DNA from: Fimicolochytrium jonesii
Lineage: Eukaryota
Assembly (NCBI RefSeq): GCF_025526975.1
Contig: NW_026515670.1
Location: 1,364,001 to 1,428,000, forward strand
Length of the DNA stretch: 64,000 nucleotides
Direction: 5' to 3'
A model generated the notes under the pieces. It did not search any database. It worked only from the letters and a program-made list of their open reading frames with translations, and was not told the DNA's origin. The position numbers were made by a program, and so were the translations under genes. Positions 36,034-49,357 of the stretch are shown here, one piece after another. The stretch's first letter is position 1; every line of letters starts with the position of its first letter.

Positions 36034-39000
36034 TCAGGGAAGCAGAGCCAACAACGCGTCAATGTACTGCGGGCTCCTATGCCGCCCGCGCACGGCGGTG
36101 AGGTGCTCGCGGAGGATGGTGGCGGGGATGGTGGATGTGCCTGTTTGGAGGGCTTTGAAGATCGATTCCTGGTCGAAGAGAGAATGAAGTTTAGCATCCA
36201 CGTTCTATGAAGACCGGCACAGTAGGGGGAGATTGAATGGAATGGAAAGCAGTTACCTGCAACACGGGGTTCACATCATCCATATGCACCACCAACCCCT
36301 TCACAACCGCAACCCAGTGCACATCATCCAATCTAACCTCCACCAGCCTCGCCCCCTCCCCAGCATCACGGTCAACTACCTTCCCGTGTGCGTCAACGAG
36401 GACGGATGTGACACCCGGGGGGGAGGTGGAAGTGTATGGCTGCATCCGGGCGGAAAAGAGGGTGGCTGCTGTAAAGAAGTGCGCGAACGTTTTGGCAGTT
36501 TGGATACGGATGTCGTCGCGGGCGTCGTCCATGCGTTTGAGGAGCTCTGGGTAAAGTTTTTTGAGGGATGGGGCTGTGTGAAGTGTGTAGGTCAGGTTGT
36601 GGATTATGTTGGGCGCATTACGAGGAAACGAGAGCGGGAAAACAGGGATACATACCGTCAAACAAATCCCCATCCAACAAGATCCTGCACACCCCCAACG
36701 TGCCCCCCCTAGTCTCAACCTCATCGTCCTCCAAACAACTACACAGCACATTCAACAACAGTTCCCACGCCGCTTTCACGCTGTCGATCGTCAACGCGCC
36801 TAGACACCCGTCCGTGGGGGGTTGTTGCAGGAGGGCGACGAGAGTTTTGATGGCTTTGCTGCGGAGGGCGGTTGCGCGACGACCGGGTTTCCAGACGCTG
36901 GATTTGAGGATGGTGTCGGAGAGGAGCGGGGTGGAGTGGTGGGGGAGGTCGAGGGTGGAGTTCAAGGGGGTAGGGCGGGTTTCGAGGAGAGTGAGGAGGA
37001 GGTCGAATGTTCTGTTTATGAGATATGCGTCAGATGCTTTAGTTTATGCCAGTATTTTTCTGCGATACACGGATTCCAGTCTCCGGACTTACGCATCGCG
37101 AAGCTCCGAATCCCTCTCCAACGCAGTAAGTCTCGCAAACAGGGGTACGATCAAGTGCAGCTGCTTCCCCACGGCGGGTCCCGCTGCCACCGTGATGGTT
37201 CGCAGCAACCGCATTTCCGGGGAATGTCGCGTCCATGATGGTTCGGAGAGGACGAGGAGGCGCAGCGATTGCTCGAGGTAGTGGGCGTAGAGATCTTGAA
37301 TGCTGAAGAGGCCGGAGGCTGTTGATAGCGTTGTCAGTGCTTGTGCGCCCTTTAAGGAGAGATATTAGACATCGGTGGGTACTTCCGTGGACAAATAGTT
37401 ACATTGATAAACTTCACGCCTACCTTCTGGCGAACTTCGGAGACACCGGGAACTTGCTCGTTGCCCTCGACGCTGATGAGCTGAGCGGTCATAATAAAAA
37501 GCTCAAAGGCTGCCTTCTCTTGAGCAGCCGCATCATGATTACCTCCCGCCGCTTTCGCCGCGGGGATCAACTTCACAATCTCAGCGACAGCCGACGCCAC
37601 TTCCGCCAAAAGTTTCGTGTTCTCGTTATGAATCAATTCGCGATCGCTGACGAGGCCAATCAGCGTTTGGAGTCGGACTGTGTCGAATCGTGAGGGCGGG
37701 GTGCCGCGCAGTAATGCACCCAGCGCTTTTAGGCAGCCGATGCGGTATTGGGTCGCTCCGCCTGCACCGGAGCGCAATGCAGGGCCTACCACGTCGAGGT
37801 ATACGGTTGGATTGACGTAGGAGCCGAGGACTTCGGCGGCGGCTAGAACCTGGACAGCGCGTCAGTTGTGGCTCAACTCATCTGCGCTCGTTGTGAGTAG
37901 GTGTGAGAATACCTCTCTGATGACATCCGGCTCGTCGGCAGCAAGTACTTTATTGAAGACCGGTAATATCGTGCCAAGGTAGCCGGTTACGTTCTCCTCT
38001 GCGTAATAAGCAAATGTTCGTAATATTTGCGCGGATTTCACCCGCACTTCAGCATTCCAATCTGACAGTCCTTCCAAACACGAATTGATCGTCTTCTGGG
38101 TGAAATCGCGGGCTACATGACGAGCACCGACCCGTGGTCTATCTGAGAGAATTGAAAATCAGAATTTCCTTCCAAACCCCGGAGGCAGCGAAAATCACGT
38201 ATCTTACCTGTCGGTATCCCTTGCTGAACATAATCCAGCTCATCCTTCAACCGATCCTCCCACTCGCGCTCGTACAGCGCGCCAATCTCGTCCATATACG
38301 TGCGACAAAGCGTCGCCGAGTTTCCCACGTCGTCGGTCATACCCGCAAGCAAGAGTGGCAGGATCTTGTATCCGATCGACCACCGATCGGGCAACCTCAG
38401 CAACCATTCCCCCGCGGTTTTGTACAAGCACTCCCGCACAGACTGGGACTTGTCCAGCGTGAGCTGTTTCAATGGGTCTAGAATGTCGTCTAATGCGGAA
38501 GCGTCCACTAGCAGAACGTCTCGCATCGCCTGATCTTTGGGTTAGTCAAACAATGCCGGATATCGGCGCGCTGTCTGTGAGCGGAAAAGCCTACCTGAAT
38601 ACCCAGTGTTCGAACGGTTGAATGCCGATGATGCAGTGATGGCAGAATGCTTTTCGCAACGGTTGCTCCGTGGTACGCCAGTGCGCGAGGACAGTGACTA
38701 CACAGTCCCATGACCAGTTTGCATGATTCCTGGATGAAGATCGGTGCTAAGCCATTGATATCGACCCAGTATTGACATTTCCATTGGATAGTCTAGTGCT
38801 TGCAAATGTGCGCAAAGATGAGACGCACCTTCTTGACATCTGGGAAAGGATCCTGAAACGTCCGTTGCAGGACTTTGACCACGTCCTCCACAAACGGATT
38901 GAATCCTCCTTTCGTGATATCCACCAATCGCGTCAACGCCGTGACGAGCAGCAGGCGGATTTCCTCCGCAGGCTCTGCAAATTCCGGTTGATCTAGCCGC

Positions 39001-39512
39001 GACGCGATGGATGGGACAATGTACTGGAGGAGAGGTATCACTGTGTCGACCTGTTCCGCGAAGCTAGGTTTTAGAAACTCGTGAGACTTTACAATTGCAC
39101 GGATAATGATAGAAAGCAATCAATCAGACAGGCACCTTATCAGCAGTCCAACGCTGGCTTCCCGACAGCTTTCGACGCTGTCGTTCAAGCATCGTATCAG
39201 AGGCTTGCAAACGATCTCCAGGACCCTCCTCACGAGGACAGGGTTCTGCGCGACGTGTAACTTTCCCAGAGTCTCGTTCTTGATATGATCAAGCGATCGT
39301 TTTTTCGACGCCCTGCTCGAAGCTGAATCCGCTAGGATATTGACATCCCTTTGCAGTGCCTGTAGGGAGCTTGTTCAGTTGGAAGATCATAGTGAAGAGT
39401 GCGACAAGATAGCTCTGGAACATGCCTGCGCAACGCCTTCGAACACCTGCTGAGCTTCAGCGCTCAGTTCTGCCTCTGTGCTGATCGACCCCGCAGCTAA
39501 ATCTCCCATCAT
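36034..39512 (-). CDS. DNAAF5: Dynein axonemal assembly factor 5 (HEATR2)
   Basis: ALQRDVNILAD..SKKRSLDHIK; LIRCLNDSVESCRE; EPAEEIRLLLV; DPFPDVKKESC; LLRLPDRWS..KILPLLL; WKPGRRATALR; YPELLKRMDDARDDIR; VHMDD; C-terminal RHRSPQYIDALL. Confidence 0.88.
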
Positions 39513-39787
39513 TCTTGGCGGTATGTTGCGTTCTTTCGCAAGTTCTTTGTCCGTTGCTGCGAATTCAAGGACCGAAGTCGCAGCGAAACGTGGAAGTGGT
39601 GAGGAGACGCGCGTGGGGCTTGAGTGGCTTGATGCATTTCGCTTGTGGCGCAGGGTTCAGCCGGCGCATAAAAAGGTGTTCGTTTTCTTGTCCTCGTTCA
39701 CATACCAGCTCTCCGCCGATGCGCTGAGAACCACACCACACAAGGTAAGCTGAGGAGTCATCTCCTGGTAATCGTAGTACACTTGTC

Positions 39788-39861
39788 GCAAGTGATGAGA
39801 GTGTGAATCTCCGATACACAAGAGGATACAAAACAAACGCCATTGCACCACCAACTGATGC
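39788..39861 (+). ncRNA. snR55: Box C/D snoRNA, snR55/SNORD33(U33)-like
   Basis: GCA stem, box C GTGATGA (39792), guide TGCACCACCA, box D CTGA (39855), TGC stem. The guide pairs with 18S UGGUGGUGCA, and the D+5 rule targets the U equivalent to yeast Um1269. Confidence 0.8.
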
Positions 39862-40045
39862 TTCAAAAAGTTCTCGTCAACGACGCTACCTGATTTCGCC
39901 GTCAAGGGCTGACCTCGATTCTCCATTTTCTCTTTTCGCAAAGCCTTCAGGTGTGGTTCTCCTTGCGTCGATCAACATGGACAGGAAGCTGATGGATATT
40001 CGACATCATTGGTAAGCTATCGCGCCCGGCTTGGTCAATGTCGAC

Positions 40046-40130
40046 GGGAAAGGATGATATCCCAAAGTATAGCCAGTTCTGCTTCTGAATATAGTGAAGA
40101 GATTGCTTTGTTTATTCGATTTCTGATCCC
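40046..40130 (+). ncRNA. snR61: Box C/D snoRNA, snR61/SNORD38(U38)-like
   Basis: GGGA/TCCC terminal stem, variant box C ATGATA, guide GCCAGTTCTGCTT before D' CTGA (40085), C' GTGAAGA, D CTGA (40123). The guide is a 13-nt complement to LSU rRNA AAGCAGAACUGGC (yeast Am1133 site). Confidence 0.82.
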
Positions 40131-41335
40131 ATACCCGAGATTAGTTCCATGTCGCTGTTCTTTTGAACATATGGTAACCAATTCTTTCTTATCCTTCATA
40201 GGTCGGACCTTCATGCGACCTTCATGCGACCCCGGATATCAACCAGAATGTAAGTATCCTCACTCGAGTGTACCCCACACCCCTCCCCCCCGAAACAGAA
40301 GATGTATTCAGTTCATCCGTGTTTCACATGATTACCAAAAGATTACATCCTTTGAACCCTGATGTTTCCATCAATGAGAGGATCATCCCCGGACTTCGTC
40401 TTTGCGAGATCATTACTGACCATACTCTCATACTTAGGCAAACCTCGGCACAACAACTGAACTCAGGGTAAGTCGAATTCTTACAGTCGATGCTGTTGGC
40501 AAGTGCCAAGTATTGTGAATGACTTGAAAACAAAGATCATGAAGGCCACGTTTGTGGCTTCGGAGGTTTCGCACACAATTGTGGAGGCTAATCTTGTGAC
40601 AGCCAACGTCAATTCTCCGCTTGCCGTGCGACACTCGCTCGCTGCGTTGCAGCTTTTCGGAACAGCGCATCATACGGGCTAGATACGAACCTCAGGCATA
40701 CTTCTCTGCACCCCGGAGAGTGCGACGGTCCCGAAAAAGACTTGGCGTACTCCTGACGTCTGCACCTTGCAAAGGAAGGAACGATGATTTCAAAGCTCGC
40801 TTTCGTAGACCAGCTCCGGCACTTACTTGGAATATCCTTGAGTGACCCAGAACTCAATTGTAAAAGGACTTTCAAGGGTCTCCGCCCCCAGTTCAAAAGC
40901 GCCACACAGAGAAGAATGATACGGGCCCAGTCGCTCACAATCCACATCATATTCATATACTGAACACCCGATTGCCAGTAAAGAACAGATAGTTGGGTAT
41001 CGGGGTGCAGTTACTGACAGGCTGCGAATGAATAAAGGTATGTGCTGGAGGCATCCATCAGGGAACGATCGGGGCAGCAGGGGGTCGGTCTCTCTCCTCA
41101 AATCGGACTACCACTATCAATCCCAAGCTCCGATCCCAGCTCAGAAGTTCCAACTTCACAGCTCCATTCCACCATCCAGTCCAACAGATCCGCAGCCGCG
41201 GACACAGTCCCGAGGCCCATGGTGACTATTGCCAAAAGATACGTCACTTTCGCCAAGACATAGCCTAACTTTAGGGCAGCGACGAGGGCTCGGAGCTGGA
41301 CAGTGTCCCAGCAGTCACAAGGAAGTCAGTTGGTA

Positions 41336-41462
41336 GGATAACCACGAAAATGATTATCGTGCATAAGAAGGGGGGGCCACATCATCATACGTCTCAGTCG
41401 TCGGATTCATATGATGATGTAGCCCCTCTCCTTATGCACGATAATCATTCTCGTGGTTATCC
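41336..41462. repeat. Near-perfect inverted repeat/hairpin (~55-bp arms, 16-nt loop)
   Basis: GGATAACCACGAAAATGATTATCGTGCATAAG..ACATCATCATACG versus CATATGATGATGT..CTTATGCACGATAATCATTCTCGTGGTTATCC; 5 transition mismatches plus a 1-nt bulge. Confidence 0.92.
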
Positions 41463-42018
41463 GAGTTTGTTGGCCAAGGAGTTCGCGACCAATTTTGTGA
41501 GCCACGACGACTCCGGCGGGGCGTAGGTGTGAATGAAATTCTCCAGCTGTTCGGCCGACTTTGCCTTGATTCAGGCCAAGTTCCGTTCGCGCTCTCGCAT
41601 CTGTTCCGCCGACTTCGCCGTTATCTGCGCGATATCCCGTTCGACTATAAGCTGAAGAGCAGCCAGTTGTTGTGTGCCTGTCATTGCTGACCATGCCTTC
41701 ACATCCATGACCACGAAGGGGGTTGACGGCGCCGGTGAGGCATCGGTGAAGTCGAAAGCCGCTCGTAGTCCCCCGAAAGCGCACGTGACGGACGTTAATC
41801 ATTCAAATCGCCCCTTTTTTTTACCAACAACAGCAGCAGGCGGCTCACTGACCCCTGGCGTACTGTACTGTATGTACATACAGTACCTGCTTGGTCTGCG
41901 CGGCGGACTCTCGCATCGCTGAAAGGACCGAGTGAGAGAGGCCTCTCGACAACGTCGATATTTGTAGCCCTCCCTTTGGACCGTACGGGACTTTGTACGT
42001 GGTCCTGAACTCCAATCT

Positions 42019-45000
42019 ATGAGCCGGAGACTCGACCCATACAGGGAAGCAGCTCGCGAGCGACCTCCCACTGGCGATCCTCGCTTTCGTCCGGAAAAGT
42101 GAGTTTCACTGCCGGACTCACTGAGTTTCCAATTCGTGTCCGTGTATGCCTTGGAAAACTGACGTCGTCTCCATCTTCTTCAAATCAGTCGCTTTCCCAG
42201 GAGACAGTCTATCGACAGGTCCGCCGACTTTTATGGGAGGCGGAATGGGCCCCCGGGACCGCACGGTGACTGGGGAAGGGAACCCCCACCGCCTCGGAAG
42301 CCTGATTTCTATGGCGCGGATCCCGAGTTCCCACATTATAGCGACGGCGTCTTGCGAAACCAGCCGCCGAACGAATTTGACCGAATGCCTCATGCGATAG
42401 GGGACCAGTTCGGGGACGAAGGGCCAACACCGAGTTCCTTTAAAAGGTCTCCAAATCCACAGATGCGCGAAATGCCACCACCGCTCCCGGCACAACCACC
42501 TTTCCAGCGGTTTAGGGACGCTCCGCCACCACAGAGGGATGGTGCCTGGCACATGGAGCGTCGAAGAAGACCGAGCATCCTTGACGAAGAACAAATACCT
42601 TTTGGAGGGGAAGCGGGGGATCATCGAGAGGTGAGCTGCAACCTCAGCTCGACCGTTTCCCCCTCCTTCATACCAACTGTTTTTTTTTATCTATAGCCGC
42701 CTTTTTATGAACATCATACACCGTACGGTGTTCAACGTAGGCCGTTTGGGGATCCCGCACTCCATCGTGAAGCTCCAGAAGTCGAGATGGGCAGTCACTA
42801 CAGAGGCCCTTTCCCACCAGAATTGGAAGGAGGGGACCGATGGGGAAGACCGCCAATGGGCAGACCCCCGCCACAACGGCCTTCGCTGACGGCGGACTTG
42901 CATGCTAGGGAACGACGAGCGATCAATGCCGAGAGACTGCATGGTCCACGGTAGGAGTCTTAGTCGCATCTATGGCGCTTACTTGCCACAACCTAACTTC
43001 TTCCGTGAAGACCCAGGTTTGATCGGCCGATGGATGGCTTTCCGCATGATACCGTTGACGTCCAAATTGCAAGTGTAGCAGATGCCAGCCGATTGCATCC
43101 CGAACTGGGCGCTGGGCCATTCATACCGGCACGCTCTTCTCGGCGGCCATCTTTCGACTTCCATGGTCCTCAAGCAGCTGACGAAGCACGTCACTTCGCA
43201 AACGGGCCACGACCTTACGATATGGGTGCCTGGACTCCTGGTACACGCGATCCAAGGGAAAGCGGGCCCTATTGGCGCAATGATTATCGGCGACCTTCAG
43301 TAACGTTTGACCGTGGCGAAGTCGGTCCCTCTCGCGGAAGCTCGATTATGGCGCCTCTAAATCGCGCGTATGATCGCGCGGATGGATTTCTCCGCCCTCG
43401 AGGACTGGCAGAACGACCGAATCTTGCCACGCCCATTAAGAAGGGTTCTGTTGTCGAGATTGCGCGTGTTGAACGACCGTCGATGATAGCGGGTTCCAAG
43501 GCCAATCATGAAATTGACGATAACGTTAACGACGTGTTGGATGACGAAGGTGATACACCAAAGAAGGAACCGGAGAAGCATAGTCTGCAAGACACTGGTT
43601 TAAGTCTCAAACGGCTGGCGGAGATTGAAGGCGAGATGGCTCAGTACAGGGAGCTCATTAAGATTGTCAATCGGCCCGCCGAGAAGGTCAGGCCGCCCTC
43701 GGCTTCCGAACGGGTTGAGGAGGAGACGGCGGGGAAGGCAGGAGATGAGACGAACGTATGTCAAATCCAGTCAGATGACATTGTGGCACTGCAGACGGAA
43801 GAGGAGGAGGATCTGCAAGCTGAGCTAACTGCTGAGGAGGATGTGGTCGTCTCGGACCCGGAACTTGGAACACCAGATCAAATTCTGGTGGCCAAGGTTC
43901 TCCAGAACAATCGGCGGAGGGCGCAAAGAGCCTTCATGACTCGCGGAACGCGGATGCTCATGTCAGACGAGGATCGGATTCGTGCACTCTATTCATCTCC
44001 GGTCGATCTGCCCTTCTATCAAAGCAACATCGAAAAGCACCGGAAAATCAGGGGAGCGATTGTGGCAAAAGTGGCAGCCAGGTTCATCGACAATGCCGCA
44101 CGTCGTACCCAGTTGCAGGAAGAGTTCGATGAACGGACAGGCGACTGGCGACGATCGATCAACGCCCTCGAAGATGACAAGGCAAAGAAACGCCGGAGAT
44201 TGGCCAAGAGCGGGATGCTCTCCAGCGCTAACCCAGCTGGTTCGACAACCCCAGGTGCTGGAGCGTATGGCTCACCTGGGGGCGTGAACCCCTTTGCTCG
44301 GACGTCGCGGCGGAGCACCTTCACATCGGATACTGTGCGAACAGAGGCAGAGTTCCAAGAGGCTTTGGCGATGCTTGGAATTGCAGATGATGATCCAACC
44401 AACCACGACCCTCACCGATCATGTAAGGAACCGGACATGGTTCTTGATCCTACTCAGAAGAGCCTGCTGCAATACGAGGATTACAACAACCTCGTCTACG
44501 ACCCCGCGGCTGACCTGGAAGAATACAATGCGCGGCTTGCGTTGATTTGGTCGGAAGAGGAACAGGCCATCTTCCGGGAGAAAGTGCTCTATTACGGAAA
44601 GAACTTCCACTCCATTGCGAGGCACCTGCCTTTCAAAGATACCCAAGATTGCGTGCATTACTATTATCGGGAGAAGAATCTGCTCAACCTCAAAACGCTG
44701 ATCAAGCGCGCTCAACGGCGGGCAAAGGTTCAAGCTGCCGCTGCAAAGAGGGCTGGCCGCGAAGTCTCGGACGGAAGAGAGCGGCCGTACCTATTGTTCA
44801 CGCAGGATGACGAGCCGCCGCCGGCCTCAACGCCGAGGGATGCTCAGAACACTGGACGCGGCGGCCGCCGTACAGGGCGGGGGAAAGAGGGGACGGCCAA
44901 AACTGGTAGAAGCGGTGCTGCCGACCCAAAAGAGGATACTACGACACGTCGTGCTCGGAGATGGGAGGAAGAAGCAAATCAGGCGCAGACCATGGACTCT

Positions 45001-46260
45001 ACAAATATGGAAATTGATACCCAGGTTGTTACATCGACGGAGAAAACGCGTAACAAAATCGTTGAAACAACCACCGAGGTCACTACGACTGTGACGCGCA
45101 CACATAAGCGTGGAGCCTCCCAGGACGTGCTTCGAAGTAAGACGGACTCTCCGCAGAAAGAGCGCACCGACTCGCAGAAACTCGCGATCGAAACGACAGT
45201 CGAGTCAGAAACCATCGAAACCACACAGATCTTGGATGAGGTGTCCGTTTCCCTCTCCGTTGATTCTCCAGTGCAAGGCGCGTCGCCGGACGTTGAAGGC
45301 GAAGGCATGGAAGGTGCGGTGGATGCGAGGAACCGACGACGCGGCCGACGGCGAGAAATCGACGATGTCTCTGGTCTCACTGGTATCCCCGACATGGACG
45401 GTGTTGAAGGTGGCGGTGCAGGGAACGACCAAGACCTTCCAAAACGCACCATCTCGTACTGGAACACCGAAGAGACTGTGGCATTTCGGGACGCGTATGC
45501 GACCTTTGGCAAGGATTGGGAGCTCGTCTCTCAGAAAGTTGGCAGCAAATCCGCAAAGCAAGCCCAGAACTTCTACAAGCGCAATCAATTCGAAATGGAT
45601 GTACTGCGGACTGGTGGAGCCGACACGCCGAACAGCGAGCTGGACCTTGTGGATTCTCCATTGATCAGCGAAACAACCTCGCCAACCAAGATACCCGAGA
45701 CTGCTAGAACCCTGCAAAGACGCAAGTCCCTCGTACAGGCCGAGGTTATCCACGGACTGACCGCCAACCCCGCCGTCGAGCCAGTAGAGACGAACGGACC
45801 CCCAAAAATCCGATCCTCCAAACTGGCAACCGTACTCAACATCCCCCCAAAGCCCCACCCGCAACCCGCACCCCCATCACTCGCCCTCACACAATGGTGC
45901 CGTGACATCCAATCCTACATCCTCGACCCCAACGCCGCCCAGCAGCGTCCCACCCAACGCCTCGTCGATCACGCCTCGCTCCTCACCCACGCCAACCGCG
46001 AAGCACCACACCAAGCCGCCTCAGCAGTCGCGGCCCAACGCGTCGTCAAACTAGCCCAGGAATGCGTCGACGCGAAAGTGCAGGCTATATTGTCTCACGC
46101 GCCCCCATCGACGCTCATGCAGTGTGGGTTTGGCATCGATGTGGCTGTGCCTGGTTGGGCGCCCGCGCTCAATGGATTCTTGAATGAACATGAGGCGAGT
46201 GTGGGCTTGGCGCCGACGCCGGGGCCGCCGCGGGTGTCTGTGCAGGCTGATGGTAGTTGA
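42019..46260 (+). CDS. SNT1: Snt1/NCoR-like SANT-domain co-repressor (Set3C/HDAC3 complex)
   Basis: GPS2-interacting-like region (LPFYQSNIEKHRKIR), DTVRTEAEFQEAL, SANT1 WSEEEQAIFREK..GKNFHSIARHLPFKDTQDCVHYYY, SANT2 ISYWNTEETVAFRDAY..FGKDWELVSQKVGSKS; R/P-rich 5' exons splice in frame. Confidence 0.82.
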
Positions 46261-46654
46261 CCCCTCCGGAACTCACATGTTCCTTTTCACCCCTTCTCGC
46301 CTCCTTCGACGCGTTTGTAAGCGCATCGAGTTGGCTTGCTTGTCTGCCGTATTTCTTTCTCTTTTTGGTTCTCCCATTGGACCTTCGGCCTCTTCTGTTT
46401 GTTTCATGGATAGAGGGTCCCTTTTGTATATACGGAAATATCGCTTGTATATATATCGCCTTCGGGCAAAATTTGTGCTCTCAAAAGTACGTTTTGATTT
46501 CCTGCCATCTTGAACGATGTCGGCAGTAAACCTTTCTGGAATGATCCCGTTTGTATGAATGTTGTACAAGAAACGTGGCGTCCACATCACCGTATATGTC
46601 TTCATGAAGTCACCGGCGGGTATCCACAAGCTAACAAAAAAGGCCCTCTGCTCT

Positions 46655-47756
<1,102 letters not shown>

Positions 47757-48309
47757 CTTGGGGATATGCTGCGGTCCTGGTTGATCAACAAGCTGTGCAA
47801 AGACTGTAAACGGCCGCTCTGGGTTTCACTGGGACGGCAGCTGGACGAGATGTTGCTGATCTTCGAAAACTGCGAGAAGGGACGTGTCTATATTACTACG
47901 TGTCCGAGTGGATTTAATCGCAGCCACGTGATACTGTACTGTCAACCTGCTTTGACCGGCAGCTGTCAACCTGCAAACCCAAGCTGTCAACCTGTCAACC
48001 CTTTGGCTCTCCACACCTGTCGCACATTAACCGAGCCCCCGACCGGCTGTCGCATGATATCCCCTTCCCACAGCTCCCCCACACATTTCATGACGAGAGA
48101 TGACGAAAGGTTATGGTTCAATATGCCTCCACGGGCGAGCAGTGAATTGATGTTTCTCGGCAGACGAAGCAACGTCCTTCCGTTTCTCAACCGTTTATAA
48201 GAGCGTAGAGCCGCCCGAAGCAACCGCCAGCTTGAATTTAGTTTCACTTCAAAGACACCCAACCTACCACCAAACTCTCAAGCTGCAATCGATCTGAAAG
48301 CAAATCACC

Positions 48310-49357
48310 ATGTCTGACACCGGCGACTACACCACCCAAGACAGTTTCTTTGTCCCGAACCGGTATTATGAGAATTACGAATATGTCAAGTCCCAGTGGA
48401 TCGCTGGTAAGTTGTCACTAGCTGTACCTATCCCGTATCGTTGACAGATAGTCATTCTTCAACCCATCCAAATGTCCCAACTAGTGACGTCCCTGCTCTT
48501 CCTGTGGGCGTTGGTACGTGAATCGTCTCCACATGCCCCAAGTTTCGCACCGCTGAGATGTCTTGATCATTTGTCTAGGCGCTTATCGCCCGACAAGTCG
48601 CCACGTACCTTACGGAGCGCTCGCAGGCTGAGGCCACCGAGACCGAGAGGCAGGCCTTGTTGACCCCGGAGACTAGGGCTCGTGCTTCTGGTTGGGTATG
48701 TTGGACAGGAGTTTGAATGGATCTCGGACGAGGCCGTGCTAACAGCTTAGGTTCCAGGCCCCTCGATTCGACCGCGCCGCGGACGCTTTGCGCAATTGTC
48801 TCATGGTATGGACGTGCATTTTTTCCTTGATGTGCGCTTGTGAGGTCGGTTCCCTGACCCTGTGGTCTGACGTGATACCGACGATAGATGCTTGTTGCCG
48901 CCACAATCCTGTCGTCTATTCCCTACCCATACATGTGCAAAATGCAGCAGCCTCTTCGTCCAGGTAATGAAGTTCAAACATCGTCCATGACAATGAGCAA
49001 AGCTATACTGACCACCCCACATTGTCCCTTTAAGGTCTCCCCATCCGCCCCGAACCCATCTGCGGTACCTGCCTCTCCAACGGCTCGACTCTCGCCAGCT
49101 CGATCCTCTCCTGGGTCTTCGTCGCGATGACCCTCTTGGCGACGATCCTTGAGCTCGCCGTGAGCGACATGACTAGCGCCGCCATGGCTCGGACGTTCAC
49201 GGGTCTCGTGAGCTTCCCGTTGATCCTCACTATCTTCAGTAAGTTGATACAAGACTCGGTAGTGCGATTGCGATTGAGGACTCATAACTGTGGGGGTTTA
49301 GTTCTCGCTTTCAAGCAGTGGGGCAAGATTCACGACCAGGAACAGCGCTGCGACTGA
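48310..49357 (+). CDS. Uncharacterised small multi-pass membrane protein (7 exons)
   Basis: Consistent GT-AG exon chain: MSDTGDY..QWIAVTSLLFLWALALIA..MLVAATILSSIPY..SILSWVFVAMTLLATILELAV..FTGLVSFPLILTIFILAFKQWGKIHDQEQRCD; about 4 hydrophobic segments. Confidence 0.65.

Larger units (their letters stand above)
39700..40700 (+). ncRNA. Putative spliced non-coding snoRNA host gene (ends approximate)
   Basis: CATAAAAAG at ~39667; donors GTAAGC 39745, GTAAGC 40012, GTAAGT 40250, GTAAGT 40468; branch/acceptor signals GCTGAC..CAG, TAG 40201, GCTAAT..CAG 40602; no convincing ORF; snoRNAs in introns 1 and 2. Confidence 0.7.
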
